The translations under genes and the position numbers were made by a program. From Candidatus Pacearchaeota archaeon (GTDB lineage Archaea; Nanobdellota; Nanobdellia; Pacearchaeales; GW2011-AR1), in contig VGKT01000001.1 of the NCBI GenBank assembly GCA_016866955.1, forward strand, positions 130,556 to 194,555: a stretch of DNA of 64,000 nt, read 5' to 3'. The notes under the pieces were generated by a model, which worked only from the letters and a program-made list of their open reading frames with translations, was not told the origin of the DNA and ran no database searches. Positions 54,599-62,704 of the stretch are shown here, in pieces (the first letter of the stretch is position 1; every line of letters begins with the position of its first letter).

Positions 54599-55890
54599 TT
54601 GATGAATTACGAACTAATATTGCACAAGCATTGAGCTTGTTACGAACCATACAATCCTATCTTCGCTTACGAGAGCAAGGGGATAAAGCACAACAACGAT
54701 TGTTGGAACAAGGTATCGAAGCATCACGTCTTCAATTACAATTACTTATTAAATCGATTCCTACTTTACTTGCTGAACTTCCTACTGCTCAACCCTTGCC
54801 AAGTGCTAAAGTTGCTTCTTCCTCTACCTTGCAAACTGTAGAAACTGCTACTCAGGCAGTTGTTTTGAAAAAAGAGAATACGGCAGAATACTTGCAAACG
54901 CTCCAGGTCAATGAAGATACTTTGAATAGATTGAAGAATGCTGGACAACCAATTGTGCTTCCTTCTGCATCTAATTATGAACGTTCTCGAGGATATCTCA
55001 AAATCTCCCAACAATTATTTGGAAATATGTCCCGTTCGCTTATCCAAAAGGGGTATTATCGCATATTGGCCTTGACTTTACGTAAATCAAATATGGGTAT
55101 TTTATTTGAAAATTACATTTCTTTATTGCTCTTTAGTACAGTACTCGCATTTTGTGGGGGCATTGTTTTGTATCTTTTCTTTATATTTATGTCTCTTTCT
55201 CTTTCTCCTCCTTTTATTACGGCAGTTACTGAAAATATAGGGGGAAGAGCCTTGGTTCTTAGCTGGATTCCGTTCCTTACTGCACTCCTTACCTATCTTG
55301 CGGTTATTTATTATCCTGGTACCGAACAAGGAGGGGCCACTACACAAATTGAACGAGAATTACCCTTTGCAGTAATTCATATGAGTGCTATTTCAGGATC
55401 AGGTATTGAACCAAGTAATATTTTCAAGATTATTGCTGAAAGTAAAGAATACCCTTATTTAAGTAAAGAAATGCGTAAAATAATTAATCAGATGAATGTA
55501 TATGGGTATGATTTAGTTGCTTCCTTAAATGTCGTTTCGCAAAATACCCCTAGTCAAAAATTAGCAGATTTATTTGCAGGACTTTCTGCAACAATTACTT
55601 CTGGAGGAGGACTTTCAACTTTCTTTGCAAAACGTGCAGAAACTCTCTTATTAGATTATCGTTTGGAACGAGAGAAATTTACTAAGACTGCTGAAACCTT
55701 TATGGACTTATACATTACCTTGGTCATAGCCGCTCCAATGATTTTATTGTTAGTTATAATCATGTTACAATTAAGTAATTTTAGCTTTGGTGTTGGGCCA
55801 GGTTTGTTGACTTTCTTGATTATTGGAGTCATCGCGCTCTTAAATGTGGTATTCTTAAGCTTGTTACAGCTTAAACAACCGGTGAATTAA
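54595..55890 (+). CDS. pilus platform membrane protein, one T2SSF domain (TadB/FlaJ N-half-like) with a ~150-aa cytoplasmic coiled-coil N-terminus
   Basis: 431 aa. LPFAVIHMSAISGSGIEPSNIF...LADLFAGLSATITSGGGLSTFF...LDYRLERE, flanked by TM segments. Confidence 0.75.
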   Translation: MIDELRTNIAQALSLLRTIQSYLRLREQGDKAQQRLLEQGIEASRLQLQLLIKSIPTLLAELPTAQPLPSAKVASSSTLQTVETATQAVVLKKENTAEYLQTLQVNEDTLNRLKNAGQPIVLPSASNYERSRGYLKISQQLFGNMSRSLIQKGYYRILALTLRKSNMGILFENYISLLLFSTVLAFCGGIVLYLFFIFMSLSLSPPFITAVTENIGGRALVLSWIPFLTALLTYLAVIYYPGTEQGGATTQIERELPFAVIHMSAISGSGIEPSNIFKIIAESKEYPYLSKEMRKIINQMNVYGYDLVASLNVVSQNTPSQKLADLFAGLSATITSGGGLSTFFAKRAETLLLDYRLEREKFTKTAETFMDLYITLVIAAPMILLLVIIMLQLSNFSFGVGPGLLTFLIIGVIALLNVVFLSLLQLKQPVN

Positions 55891-55891
55891 A

Positions 55892-56752
55892 ATGAAATTA
55901 CAAAAAATGCATTGGTTAGGAATTATTGCGGGAGTAATTACTCTTCTCGTAGCCATTGGATTTTATATTGCAAGTGAAGATAGAAATCTTGCTTTTTTTG
56001 TAGGAAGTATTGGAATTACGCTGATAGTAGTGCCCTTCATTATAGATATTATTCTACAAACTCAACATGAAGATGAGATTGCTAATATGTTCTTGGAATT
56101 TAGCAGAGGTTTAGCAGAAAGTGTAAGTACAGGAACTCCGGTAAGTAAAAGCATCGTTAATATGCGAAATAAAAATTATGGGGTATTAACTCCGCACATT
56201 AGTAAATTAGGAAATCAAATTGCGTTAGGCATTCCCTTACATACTGCCTTAGAAACATTTGCTCGAGAAGTAAATAATCCGGTTATTACCCGCTCAGTTT
56301 CTTTAATTAGTGAAGCTGAACGAGCGGGAGGAGAGATTGATTATATTCTTGACTCAGTTGCTCGTTCAATAGCAGAAGTTGAAAAATTGAAAAAAGAACG
56401 ACAATCAGCAATTTCGAGTTTAGTAGTGCAAGGATATATCATTTTCTTTGTATTTATTGGAATTATGTTAGTTATGGAATTTAAGATACTACCCTTAGCG
56501 GTGAGTGTGGGACAGATTAGTATGGATGCACAAAATTTAGGGGCAATTGATGCAAGCGCTTCTGAAAAAATCGATCAAAAAACGCTCCCTAATCTTTTCC
56601 TTTCATTGTTAATAGCCCAAGGCTTTTTTGCAGGATTGATCATTGGTAAATTAGCGGAAGGAAAGATAAAAGCGGGCATTAAACACTCATTTATTTTGGT
56701 TGTGGTTGCATTACTTGTTTCAACCGGTGCTCGATACCTTTTGCAGGATTGA
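55892..56752 (+). CDS. pilus platform membrane protein, second T2SSF domain (TadC/FlaJ C-half-like); the 3' end is remodelled by a tandem duplication
   Basis: 286 aa. FSRGLAESVSTGTPVSKSI...LGNQIALGIPLHTALETFA...SLISEAERAGGEID. It starts 1 nt after the upstream stop. Confidence 0.75.
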   Translation: MKLQKMHWLGIIAGVITLLVAIGFYIASEDRNLAFFVGSIGITLIVVPFIIDIILQTQHEDEIANMFLEFSRGLAESVSTGTPVSKSIVNMRNKNYGVLTPHISKLGNQIALGIPLHTALETFAREVNNPVITRSVSLISEAERAGGEIDYILDSVARSIAEVEKLKKERQSAISSLVVQGYIIFFVFIGIMLVMEFKILPLAVSVGQISMDAQNLGAIDASASEKIDQKTLPNLFLSLLIAQGFFAGLIIGKLAEGKIKAGIKHSFILVVVALLVSTGARYLLQD

Positions 56753-56847
56753 TCATTGGTAAATTAGCGGAAGGAAAGATAAAAGCGGGCATTAAACACT
56801 CATTTATTTTGGTTGTGGTTGCATTACTTGTTTCAACCGGTGCTCGA
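56626..56847. repeat. perfect 109-bp tandem direct duplication separated by 4 nt (tacc)
   Basis: 56626-56734 is identical to 56739-56847 (ttttgcaggattgatcattggtaaattagcgg...caaccggtgctcga). The period is 113 nt. Confidence 0.95.
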
Positions 56848-57555
56848 AACTTTATCGGTTCGGCGAGCTAAATAAAACAATTCATTTGATGAAGAAAATG
56901 TCTCAAACGAATAACTATTAGTCGTTAATGCTTTTTCAAACCAGAGGCGCCGAATGGTTTGCATTCTTTTTCCTGAAAGAGAAATAGTCGGAAAACTTGC
57001 AAGTAGATAGGTTGTTTTGAGTAAACGAAGTATTTTTGTGGCGTTTGCATGTCCTTTCTTATCAATAATATCGAGGATTTTATAAGCAAGGACGAGATCT
57101 ACTTCAGGAAACGATGATTCTTGGGTGATGTCTGTTACTTTTGTTTTTCCAATAATTCCCTCACTACTAAAATACGCTTTAACTTTCGCTACATCTTGTT
57201 CATTGATATCATATGCGTAGTACTCAATATCTTTTGTTGCTTGATAGAGTGGATTTTGTCCTGCCCCCAAATCAAGAATTCTTTTCGGAGCGAGCATGGC
57301 AATACGTTTATTTAACAAGGGATAAAAGGGCATTCGTTCTTTGGTTGAAAGATGTTCTTTGGTTGAAGAAATATGGTATCTCCCCGACATCTTCCTTAAT
57401 TCACGACGTATTGTTTTGAGAATGATTTTTTCGTCTTTTTTACTTATTTTTTTTCCATCTGGAAGAAATTTCTTTAGATTTTCAGCAATATATTTATCTG
57501 GAATGCCTTTGAGTTCTTTCTTACTTTTTATTTGGGCAATTAATTCAGAATACAT
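56833..57555 (-). CDS. FmrO-family 16S rRNA methyltransferase homolog (RmtB/ArmA-like, G1405-N7 type)
   Basis: I chose the ATG at 57555 (240 aa). HLSTKERMPFY...KRILDLGAGQNPL, DLVLAYKILDII, ASFPTISLSGKRM and NELFYLARR parallel RmtB as I remember it. Confidence 0.65.
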   Translation of the reverse strand: MYSELIAQIKSKKELKGIPDKYIAENLKKFLPDGKKISKKDEKIILKTIRRELRKMSGRYHISSTKEHLSTKERMPFYPLLNKRIAMLAPKRILDLGAGQNPLYQATKDIEYYAYDINEQDVAKVKAYFSSEGIIGKTKVTDITQESSFPEVDLVLAYKILDIIDKKGHANATKILRLLKTTYLLASFPTISLSGKRMQTIRRLWFEKALTTNSYSFETFSSSNELFYLARRTDKVSSTG

Positions 57556-57573
57556 TATTGTTTGAAGCAAAGG

Positions 57574-57585
57574 GTATATAAAAAG
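57574..57585. promoter_or_regulatory. near-palindromic TATA region shared by the divergent methyltransferase and the second pilin subcluster
   Basis: gtatataaaaag lies 19-30 nt from both the ATG at 57555 (minus) and the ATG at 57604 (plus). aaaggagg precedes 57604. Confidence 0.45.
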
Positions 57586-57603
57586 CTGGTGTGAAAAGGA
57601 GGC

Positions 57604-58296
57604 ATGAGGCGAGGGATCAATCAACTTGAAATGGTCTTGGCATTTCTTATTTTTATTGGGGCAATAGCTGGAAGCGTATTTTTCCTCCAAACTTTTCGAG
57701 CACAAACAGAACAATTTTCACAAGCAGAAGTCTGGGTGGATAGTTTGCAAAAAGCTATGGAAGACGAAGTACTAGTTACTTCTTTTTTATTGAATCGAAC
57801 CTCGATTGGTGCACTAGCAACACTTACTTTTAATATTAGTAATCCTTCACTACCTACCGTGTTGGTAAATGCAAGTAATGCATTAATATCGAGCGAACAT
57901 GCGGAAACGCACCTTTCATTTAATCCCCAAACAAGCACAAATAAAGGATTTATTATACAATCGCGATCACTTATTGAACAAAAAGGATCCTCCTCAAATT
58001 CCCCTATTCCTGGAACCTATCTTTTGAGTGCACCTACCACTCGACAAATAGTTACTGAAACACGTATACGTACCTTACAAGAACAGCTTACTACTTCACA
58101 GGCTGCGACCTTGACCAGTTTGGGTTTACCTCCCTCACTTACTATTCGCCTTGCATTCTCAGCCCCGGGAGTTTCTATTGCTTCAACCCTCGCTCCCCCT
58201 CAAGACCGAGAAGTGCGCACGATTACTCGACGAGTTGAACTTATGACTAAGGAAGGAAACTTTATATTTGGTACTCTCCAGATAACCTTATGGTAA
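57604..58296 (+). CDS. type IV pilin-like protein (large)
   Basis: MRRG/INQLEMVLAFLIFIGAIAGSVFF has Glu at +5. 230 aa. Confidence 0.6.
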   Translation: MRRGINQLEMVLAFLIFIGAIAGSVFFLQTFRAQTEQFSQAEVWVDSLQKAMEDEVLVTSFLLNRTSIGALATLTFNISNPSLPTVLVNASNALISSEHAETHLSFNPQTSTNKGFIIQSRSLIEQKGSSSNSPIPGTYLLSAPTTRQIVTETRIRTLQEQLTTSQAATLTSLGLPPSLTIRLAFSAPGVSIASTLAPPQDREVRTITRRVELMTKEGNFIFGTLQITLW

Positions 58297-58688
58297 GAGG
58301 ATGGTTACGTATTGTTGAAGCAGTAATTGCAATTCTTATCGTTGCATCTTCTATTTTGATTGTATTACAACAAGAGCAGACACGATTTGATGCAAATTTG
58401 TGTGCTCCTCTTGCTCCGTTACTTCAAGAAATTGGACAAACCTCTACCCTTCGTGCGGCCGTACTTGCAAAAGAAGAAAGTACAATCAATGCGTTTCTTA
58501 CTACACACATTACAAATCCTACAATCGCATTTTCATTTTCATTTTGTGCCCCTCAAGACGTATGTAGTTTTACTGGAGAAGATGTTTCTAAAGATAGCGA
58601 TGTTTGTGCAGATGAACGTATTATTACACCCCCTGATGACACTCAAAACATCACTAAATTAAAGGTGTTTCTCTATCGTAGTTCTTAA
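58290..58688 (+). CDS. type IV pilin-like protein (minor pilin candidate)
   Basis: MVRG/WLRIVEAVIAILIVASSILIV. 132 aa, with a 7-nt overlap with the upstream gene. Confidence 0.55.
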   Translation: MVRGWLRIVEAVIAILIVASSILIVLQQEQTRFDANLCAPLAPLLQEIGQTSTLRAAVLAKEESTINAFLTTHITNPTIAFSFSFCAPQDVCSFTGEDVSKDSDVCADERIITPPDDTQNITKLKVFLYRSS

Positions 58689-58723
58689 AGAGAGGTTTAT
58701 AAAGAAGCAGACGGTAGAGACAT

Positions 58724-58972
58724 ATGGTTGACGCTCTTGTTGAGGAATATACTATGCGTAATTATATCCTCTATATTTTTCTCGGATTGTTAGCATTTGT
58801 TCTTATTGTGTGGTGTTTTTTTTATCTCGCAAAAGATCGCACGGTCGAAACACTCCAAGAAACAGGATTTCAATCTCAGAATGTAAGCGATCTTCGTCCT
58901 TCTTCTGAAACGGTTTTTCTCGAAACTCCAACATCTGTCGTTAATGCGCAGAGAGGTTCTGATGAAAAGTAA
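58724..58972 (+). CDS. small single-pass membrane protein
   Basis: The 82-aa ORF may start at 58754 (MRNYILYIFLGLLAFVLIVWCFFYL). No family recognised. Confidence 0.4.
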   Translation: MVDALVEEYTMRNYILYIFLGLLAFVLIVWCFFYLAKDRTVETLQETGFQSQNVSDLRPSSETVFLETPTSVVNAQRGSDEK

Positions 58973-61900
58973 CTTCCTTCCTCTGTTAAGTGTATGTGTT
59001 TTTTTTATAATTAGTTTAGCAAGTGCTGCCCCCCCTTCCATTCTTATCCCCTTCGATAGTGAAAATCATGACACTGCTCCCTTTTATTGGAGAAATCTAA
59101 GTATAACTCAAAACTATCCCCTTCCTGCCCTTTCGAGTACACAAGTAAAATTTGGAACACGGAGTCTCTTCTTTGATGGGACAGATAAAAGTATTGCCTA
59201 TCTAGCACAAGAACGTTCTCTGGAGATGGCAGGTAAAGACTTTACGATCGATTTTTGGTATCATCCTTTGAGCTTACCCGGCAAGACAGATGTTATCGGC
59301 GGAACTCAGATACAACATGATCTTTTTCGACTTATCAACGCACAAGATCGCACCAAGGATTTGTTATTTTACACGCAGAGTTTGCCAGGCTCGAATACTC
59401 CTGGGCGACTCATGCTTGCCCAAATAAACTACCAAGTCTCACCTCCTACGACAGAGAGTGTTCAACTATTAAAATCAAGTCGATCTGAGCAGATGACGCT
59501 CAATCAGTGGAATCATGTTGCACTTATGTGGAAACAGGGCAAGGGATACGCAATCGCTATTAATGGACGAATCTCTTCTAGTAATGGTTGGTATAATGAA
59601 CCCCCTTTTTTGAGTATTTCTTATACTCATCTTTATTTAAGTAGCCCTTATTTTCTCAACTCTCGTCCCCTTCATGGCTATCTTGATCAATTTCGTGTGA
59701 CGATTGGGGAAGCCATTTGGGGCGATACGCCGCAAGGAGGAACGTTTACCCCTCCAACTGTACCGACTGCCCCTTACAATTACACTATCTATCATTGGGA
59801 TCGCGCTTCGGATGGCACGACCAGTACGACCGGTGATTACACCCTTACCGCTCCTGCGGGCGGTCGCGTTGCGCAGATTGAACTCATTGGTTCAGGAGGA
59901 GGGGGTATGCAAACCTGTCCTGCCTTTAGCTGTTTCCTAGGGGGGAATGGTGGCGGAGGTGGAGCATATGGAAATCATACCTATTCATTAGTATCTGGAG
60001 GGCAGTACGCTTTGCACGTAGGGAAAGCAGGGAAAGGGGGAAGTTTAGGTTATTCTAATGATATGACATCAGGTGAAGAAACGTTTATCCAACAAGTAGG
60101 GGTGCCCTCAACGAAGCTTTATGCGGCGGGTGGGAAAGTCGGTGGCGGTGGCAGTGGCGGTGGCAGTGGCGGTGCGGGAGGGACGAGTAATGCCATTCAC
60201 TCTATCTCTGGTCAACCTGGACAGGCAATCCCCAATTATAATGGTGGGGCAGGGGGTAGCTCCGGATCTGGTGCAGCCGGAGGAACGAGCGGACACTTTA
60301 CTGAAATCGCAGGCTATACGAAGCAACTTATTTCTGGAAAGCGTTATGGTGGTGGAGGGGCAGGAGGAGGAGGAACAGATGGGGGCAATGGTGCTGAAGG
60401 ACTTATGGTACTTACGTACACAATAGGAACAGTCGCATTGCCTATCTGTGGAAGTAATGGATGTGAAGTGGGAGAAACTGCAGTGTCCTGTCCTGCGGAT
60501 TGTTCTGTAAGTCTTCCGCCTGTTGTCCCTGTTTCTTCTTGTCCTCTTAATCAAACACTCTTCAAACTCTATCAAGGAGGAAACTCCCATATTGCAAATG
60601 CTTCCACCTCTAATGCTGGAATAGCTGTTTGTTATTCGGATATTTTTGGAGTGAATTATACGGGCGCAAATCCTCATCAGTGTTCCGCAGAGAATGCAAA
60701 TAAACTTATATGGGCTACCGGCACACAGAATGCACACGTTGCTACAGTGACTTCTCTTACGTATGCAACACCGTATTGTTATGGGGATGTTGTGTGCAAT
60801 GCGCGAATAGGAAGTTGTCAAGGATCTGAACGAATTGTTGCACGCCTTCCTAATGGAACCGCTACGAGTAATCTGCATATTGGAAATGCAAGCTTTACAA
60901 CATATAACCGCGTACTCTGCTGTTCAAGTGCCTTTGCGGGAGAAGTATTTGGTATTCCGCAATGGACAACGCCAACAGGCACGAGCATTACATCGGCACA
61001 AGTAAATCAAACCGTTAATTTGAGCGTCACTACTTCGCTTGCTCTTGGAACTTCTGTTGTTGTTCAGATAGAAGAAGATGATGGACTTATTGGAGATGAT
61101 GATGCGATTGTTACACTTCCAGGGATAGTAAGTAATGGTAAAATAAGCATTTCACTCAAACTTAATGATACGTATATTGCGAAAGGAAAAGAGGGAGATG
61201 GAAGTGCAAATGAATTAGTCTTTACAGGAAAAGTAAGTGGAGGGGGGGCAACTTCTTCTGAAGCCTCGTTACTTGTTAGTTTACAGCAAGGAGGAACTCC
61301 GTATTTACTTGAAGGAAATATTACGGGCGTGTATCATGGACAGGTGTATGTAAATGGATCTGGATTGAGTATTAATCATACGTTTTCACGTGCAGGGAAC
61401 CTGCAGGTGAATTGGAGTATACCTGAAGAAGGCATACGACAAACCGGTGACTCATTTGTGTATAACTTGACGACGACTGGACAGAAGACCTTGACTTTAC
61501 ATGTTTCTAATACTTATGGAGGACATGCAGAGTTACAAATTGGTTTCTTGGTGGTGCCGAGTTCAGGAGGAGATGGATTGATGACCTTTATTGATTATCC
61601 AGGATATTATCAAATTGTTAAAACGGGACGTAATTCAAGCACTACGTTTATTGCAGGAGCAAATACCAGTTTTGCGCTTCTTCGCAATAGCAGTTCGTGT
61701 GGGGCGTTTATCTGCTTCGGAGGGATATGTCCAACCACAACCAATAACACGGATGTCTTGTGTGGGGGAACTACTCGAGCAATTAGTTCTACTCCTCAAT
61801 CACATGCCGCTCTCCGATTCACTTGGGAATTAAATCAAGGAGGAACATGGCAATTAATAGAAACAGGAATGGGGCAGATTACCCGATCGATCTCTTTGGG

Positions 61901-62693
61901 AAGTTCTTCCTATTCAACACTACTTAATGATAAACAGATACGTGTGATTACCAATTATACCGTTTCAGGCACAAGTTTGGAAAATACGTTTGTTCGTTCA
62001 TTTACCCTTGGACAATGTCTTGATAATGGACATCAATTTGCAGTGGTTAATTCCAGAAAACAATTTGTCCGATTGGTAGGAACTGTACCAGGAGAAGGGA
62101 CGGCTACGATTCCATTTAATATGACTGCTTGTCGAGGCGAAGATGACCTTAATGGAACGCTGGATGATTGCGTACCAGCTGGTTGGAGCTGCGGTGATAA
62201 CGGTGCATTTATGCCTGTAGTGAATGGAAGTGTAGCTCCGCCTGTCTTTTGTGATGACTTGAAAACGAAGAATACTTGTGAGAACGCACATCTTGTATTC
62301 CCTTCACAAGTTTCCTGTTTAGGAACTTCACAGGGGGCATCGTGTGTCTGGGATCCGATTCGTAATGGTGGAAACGGAGCATGTGGAACGAAGTATACTG
62401 TTCTCTCCCCTGCTGGAGGAACAGACACGTGTACTGAATTCTTTAATCCGGGAAGTACTTGTGTTGAAGGATTACGTGATGTGACCATTGATGCCACCTT
62501 TACTCCTACCAATAATGTGTGTTCGGCATTTCAAAGTGCCTGTATAGACCGAGCAGATACCTTAGTGTGTGGAAGACCAGCATATGAGTTACCGTTCTTT
62601 GGTTGGTGGCAGATGGTGATTGGAGGGTTGGGCATTATTATGCTTTGTCTTTTGCGTCGAATGAAAGCTAGAACCTTTTTAAACTTGAAATGA
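58962..62693 (+). CDS. giant surface protein: signal peptide, LamG-like lectin domain, glycine-rich domain, Cys-knot spacers, C-terminal TM anchor
   Basis: I chose the ATG at 58962 (MKSNFLPLLSVCVFFIISLASA). The LamG-like part reads FDGTDKSIAY...FTIDFWYHP...WNHVALMW. The glycine-rich part reads IELIGSGGGG...GGNGGGGGAYG...GLMVLTY. CGSNGCEVGETAVSCPADC follows, and the protein ends WWQMVIGGLGIIMLCLLRRMK. Confidence 0.7.
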   Translation: MKSNFLPLLSVCVFFIISLASAAPPSILIPFDSENHDTAPFYWRNLSITQNYPLPALSSTQVKFGTRSLFFDGTDKSIAYLAQERSLEMAGKDFTIDFWYHPLSLPGKTDVIGGTQIQHDLFRLINAQDRTKDLLFYTQSLPGSNTPGRLMLAQINYQVSPPTTESVQLLKSSRSEQMTLNQWNHVALMWKQGKGYAIAINGRISSSNGWYNEPPFLSISYTHLYLSSPYFLNSRPLHGYLDQFRVTIGEAIWGDTPQGGTFTPPTVPTAPYNYTIYHWDRASDGTTSTTGDYTLTAPAGGRVAQIELIGSGGGGMQTCPAFSCFLGGNGGGGGAYGNHTYSLVSGGQYALHVGKAGKGGSLGYSNDMTSGEETFIQQVGVPSTKLYAAGGKVGGGGSGGGSGGAGGTSNAIHSISGQPGQAIPNYNGGAGGSSGSGAAGGTSGHFTEIAGYTKQLISGKRYGGGGAGGGGTDGGNGAEGLMVLTYTIGTVALPICGSNGCEVGETAVSCPADCSVSLPPVVPVSSCPLNQTLFKLYQGGNSHIANASTSNAGIAVCYSDIFGVNYTGANPHQCSAENANKLIWATGTQNAHVATVTSLTYATPYCYGDVVCNARIGSCQGSERIVARLPNGTATSNLHIGNASFTTYNRVLCCSSAFAGEVFGIPQWTTPTGTSITSAQVNQTVNLSVTTSLALGTSVVVQIEEDDGLIGDDDAIVTLPGIVSNGKISISLKLNDTYIAKGKEGDGSANELVFTGKVSGGGATSSEASLLVSLQQGGTPYLLEGNITGVYHGQVYVNGSGLSINHTFSRAGNLQVNWSIPEEGIRQTGDSFVYNLTTTGQKTLTLHVSNTYGGHAELQIGFLVVPSSGGDGLMTFIDYPGYYQIVKTGRNSSTTFIAGANTSFALLRNSSSCGAFICFGGICPTTTNNTDVLCGGTTRAISSTPQSHAALRFTWELNQGGTWQLIETGMGQITRSISLGSSSYSTLLNDKQIRVITNYTVSGTSLENTFVRSFTLGQCLDNGHQFAVVNSRKQFVRLVGTVPGEGTATIPFNMTACRGEDDLNGTLDDCVPAGWSCGDNGAFMPVVNGSVAPPVFCDDLKTKNTCENAHLVFPSQVSCLGTSQGASCVWDPIRNGGNGACGTKYTVLSPAGGTDTCTEFFNPGSTCVEGLRDVTIDATFTPTNNVCSAFQSACIDRADTLVCGRPAYELPFFGWWQMVIGGLGIIMLCLLRRMKARTFLNLK

Positions 62694-62704
62694 GTGTGTT
62701 AGAT

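Noticed and set aside
56626-56847. The direct repeat interpreted as a CRISPR array or a DGR template/variable-repeat pair.
   Set aside because: There are only two copies, 109 bp long and 100% identical, with a 4-nt spacer. There is no reverse transcriptase, no cas genes and no A-specific mismatches. It is a simple tandem duplication.
60139-60176. A GGT/GGC/AGT microsatellite-like stretch (ggtggcagtggc x2 and flanks) as a possible slipped-strand phase-variation switch.
   Set aside because: The unit is a multiple of 3 and simply encodes the GGGSGGGSGG part of the glycine-rich domain. No frameshifting potential is seen.
60108-60878. A 256-aa antisense ORF and other alternative-frame ORFs inside the giant surface protein gene, for example 62033-62512 and 61998-62291.
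   Set aside because: They are shadow ORFs of a long, well-supported plus-strand gene. Their composition is odd (Cys/Arg/Ser-rich) and they have no promoter or RBS context.
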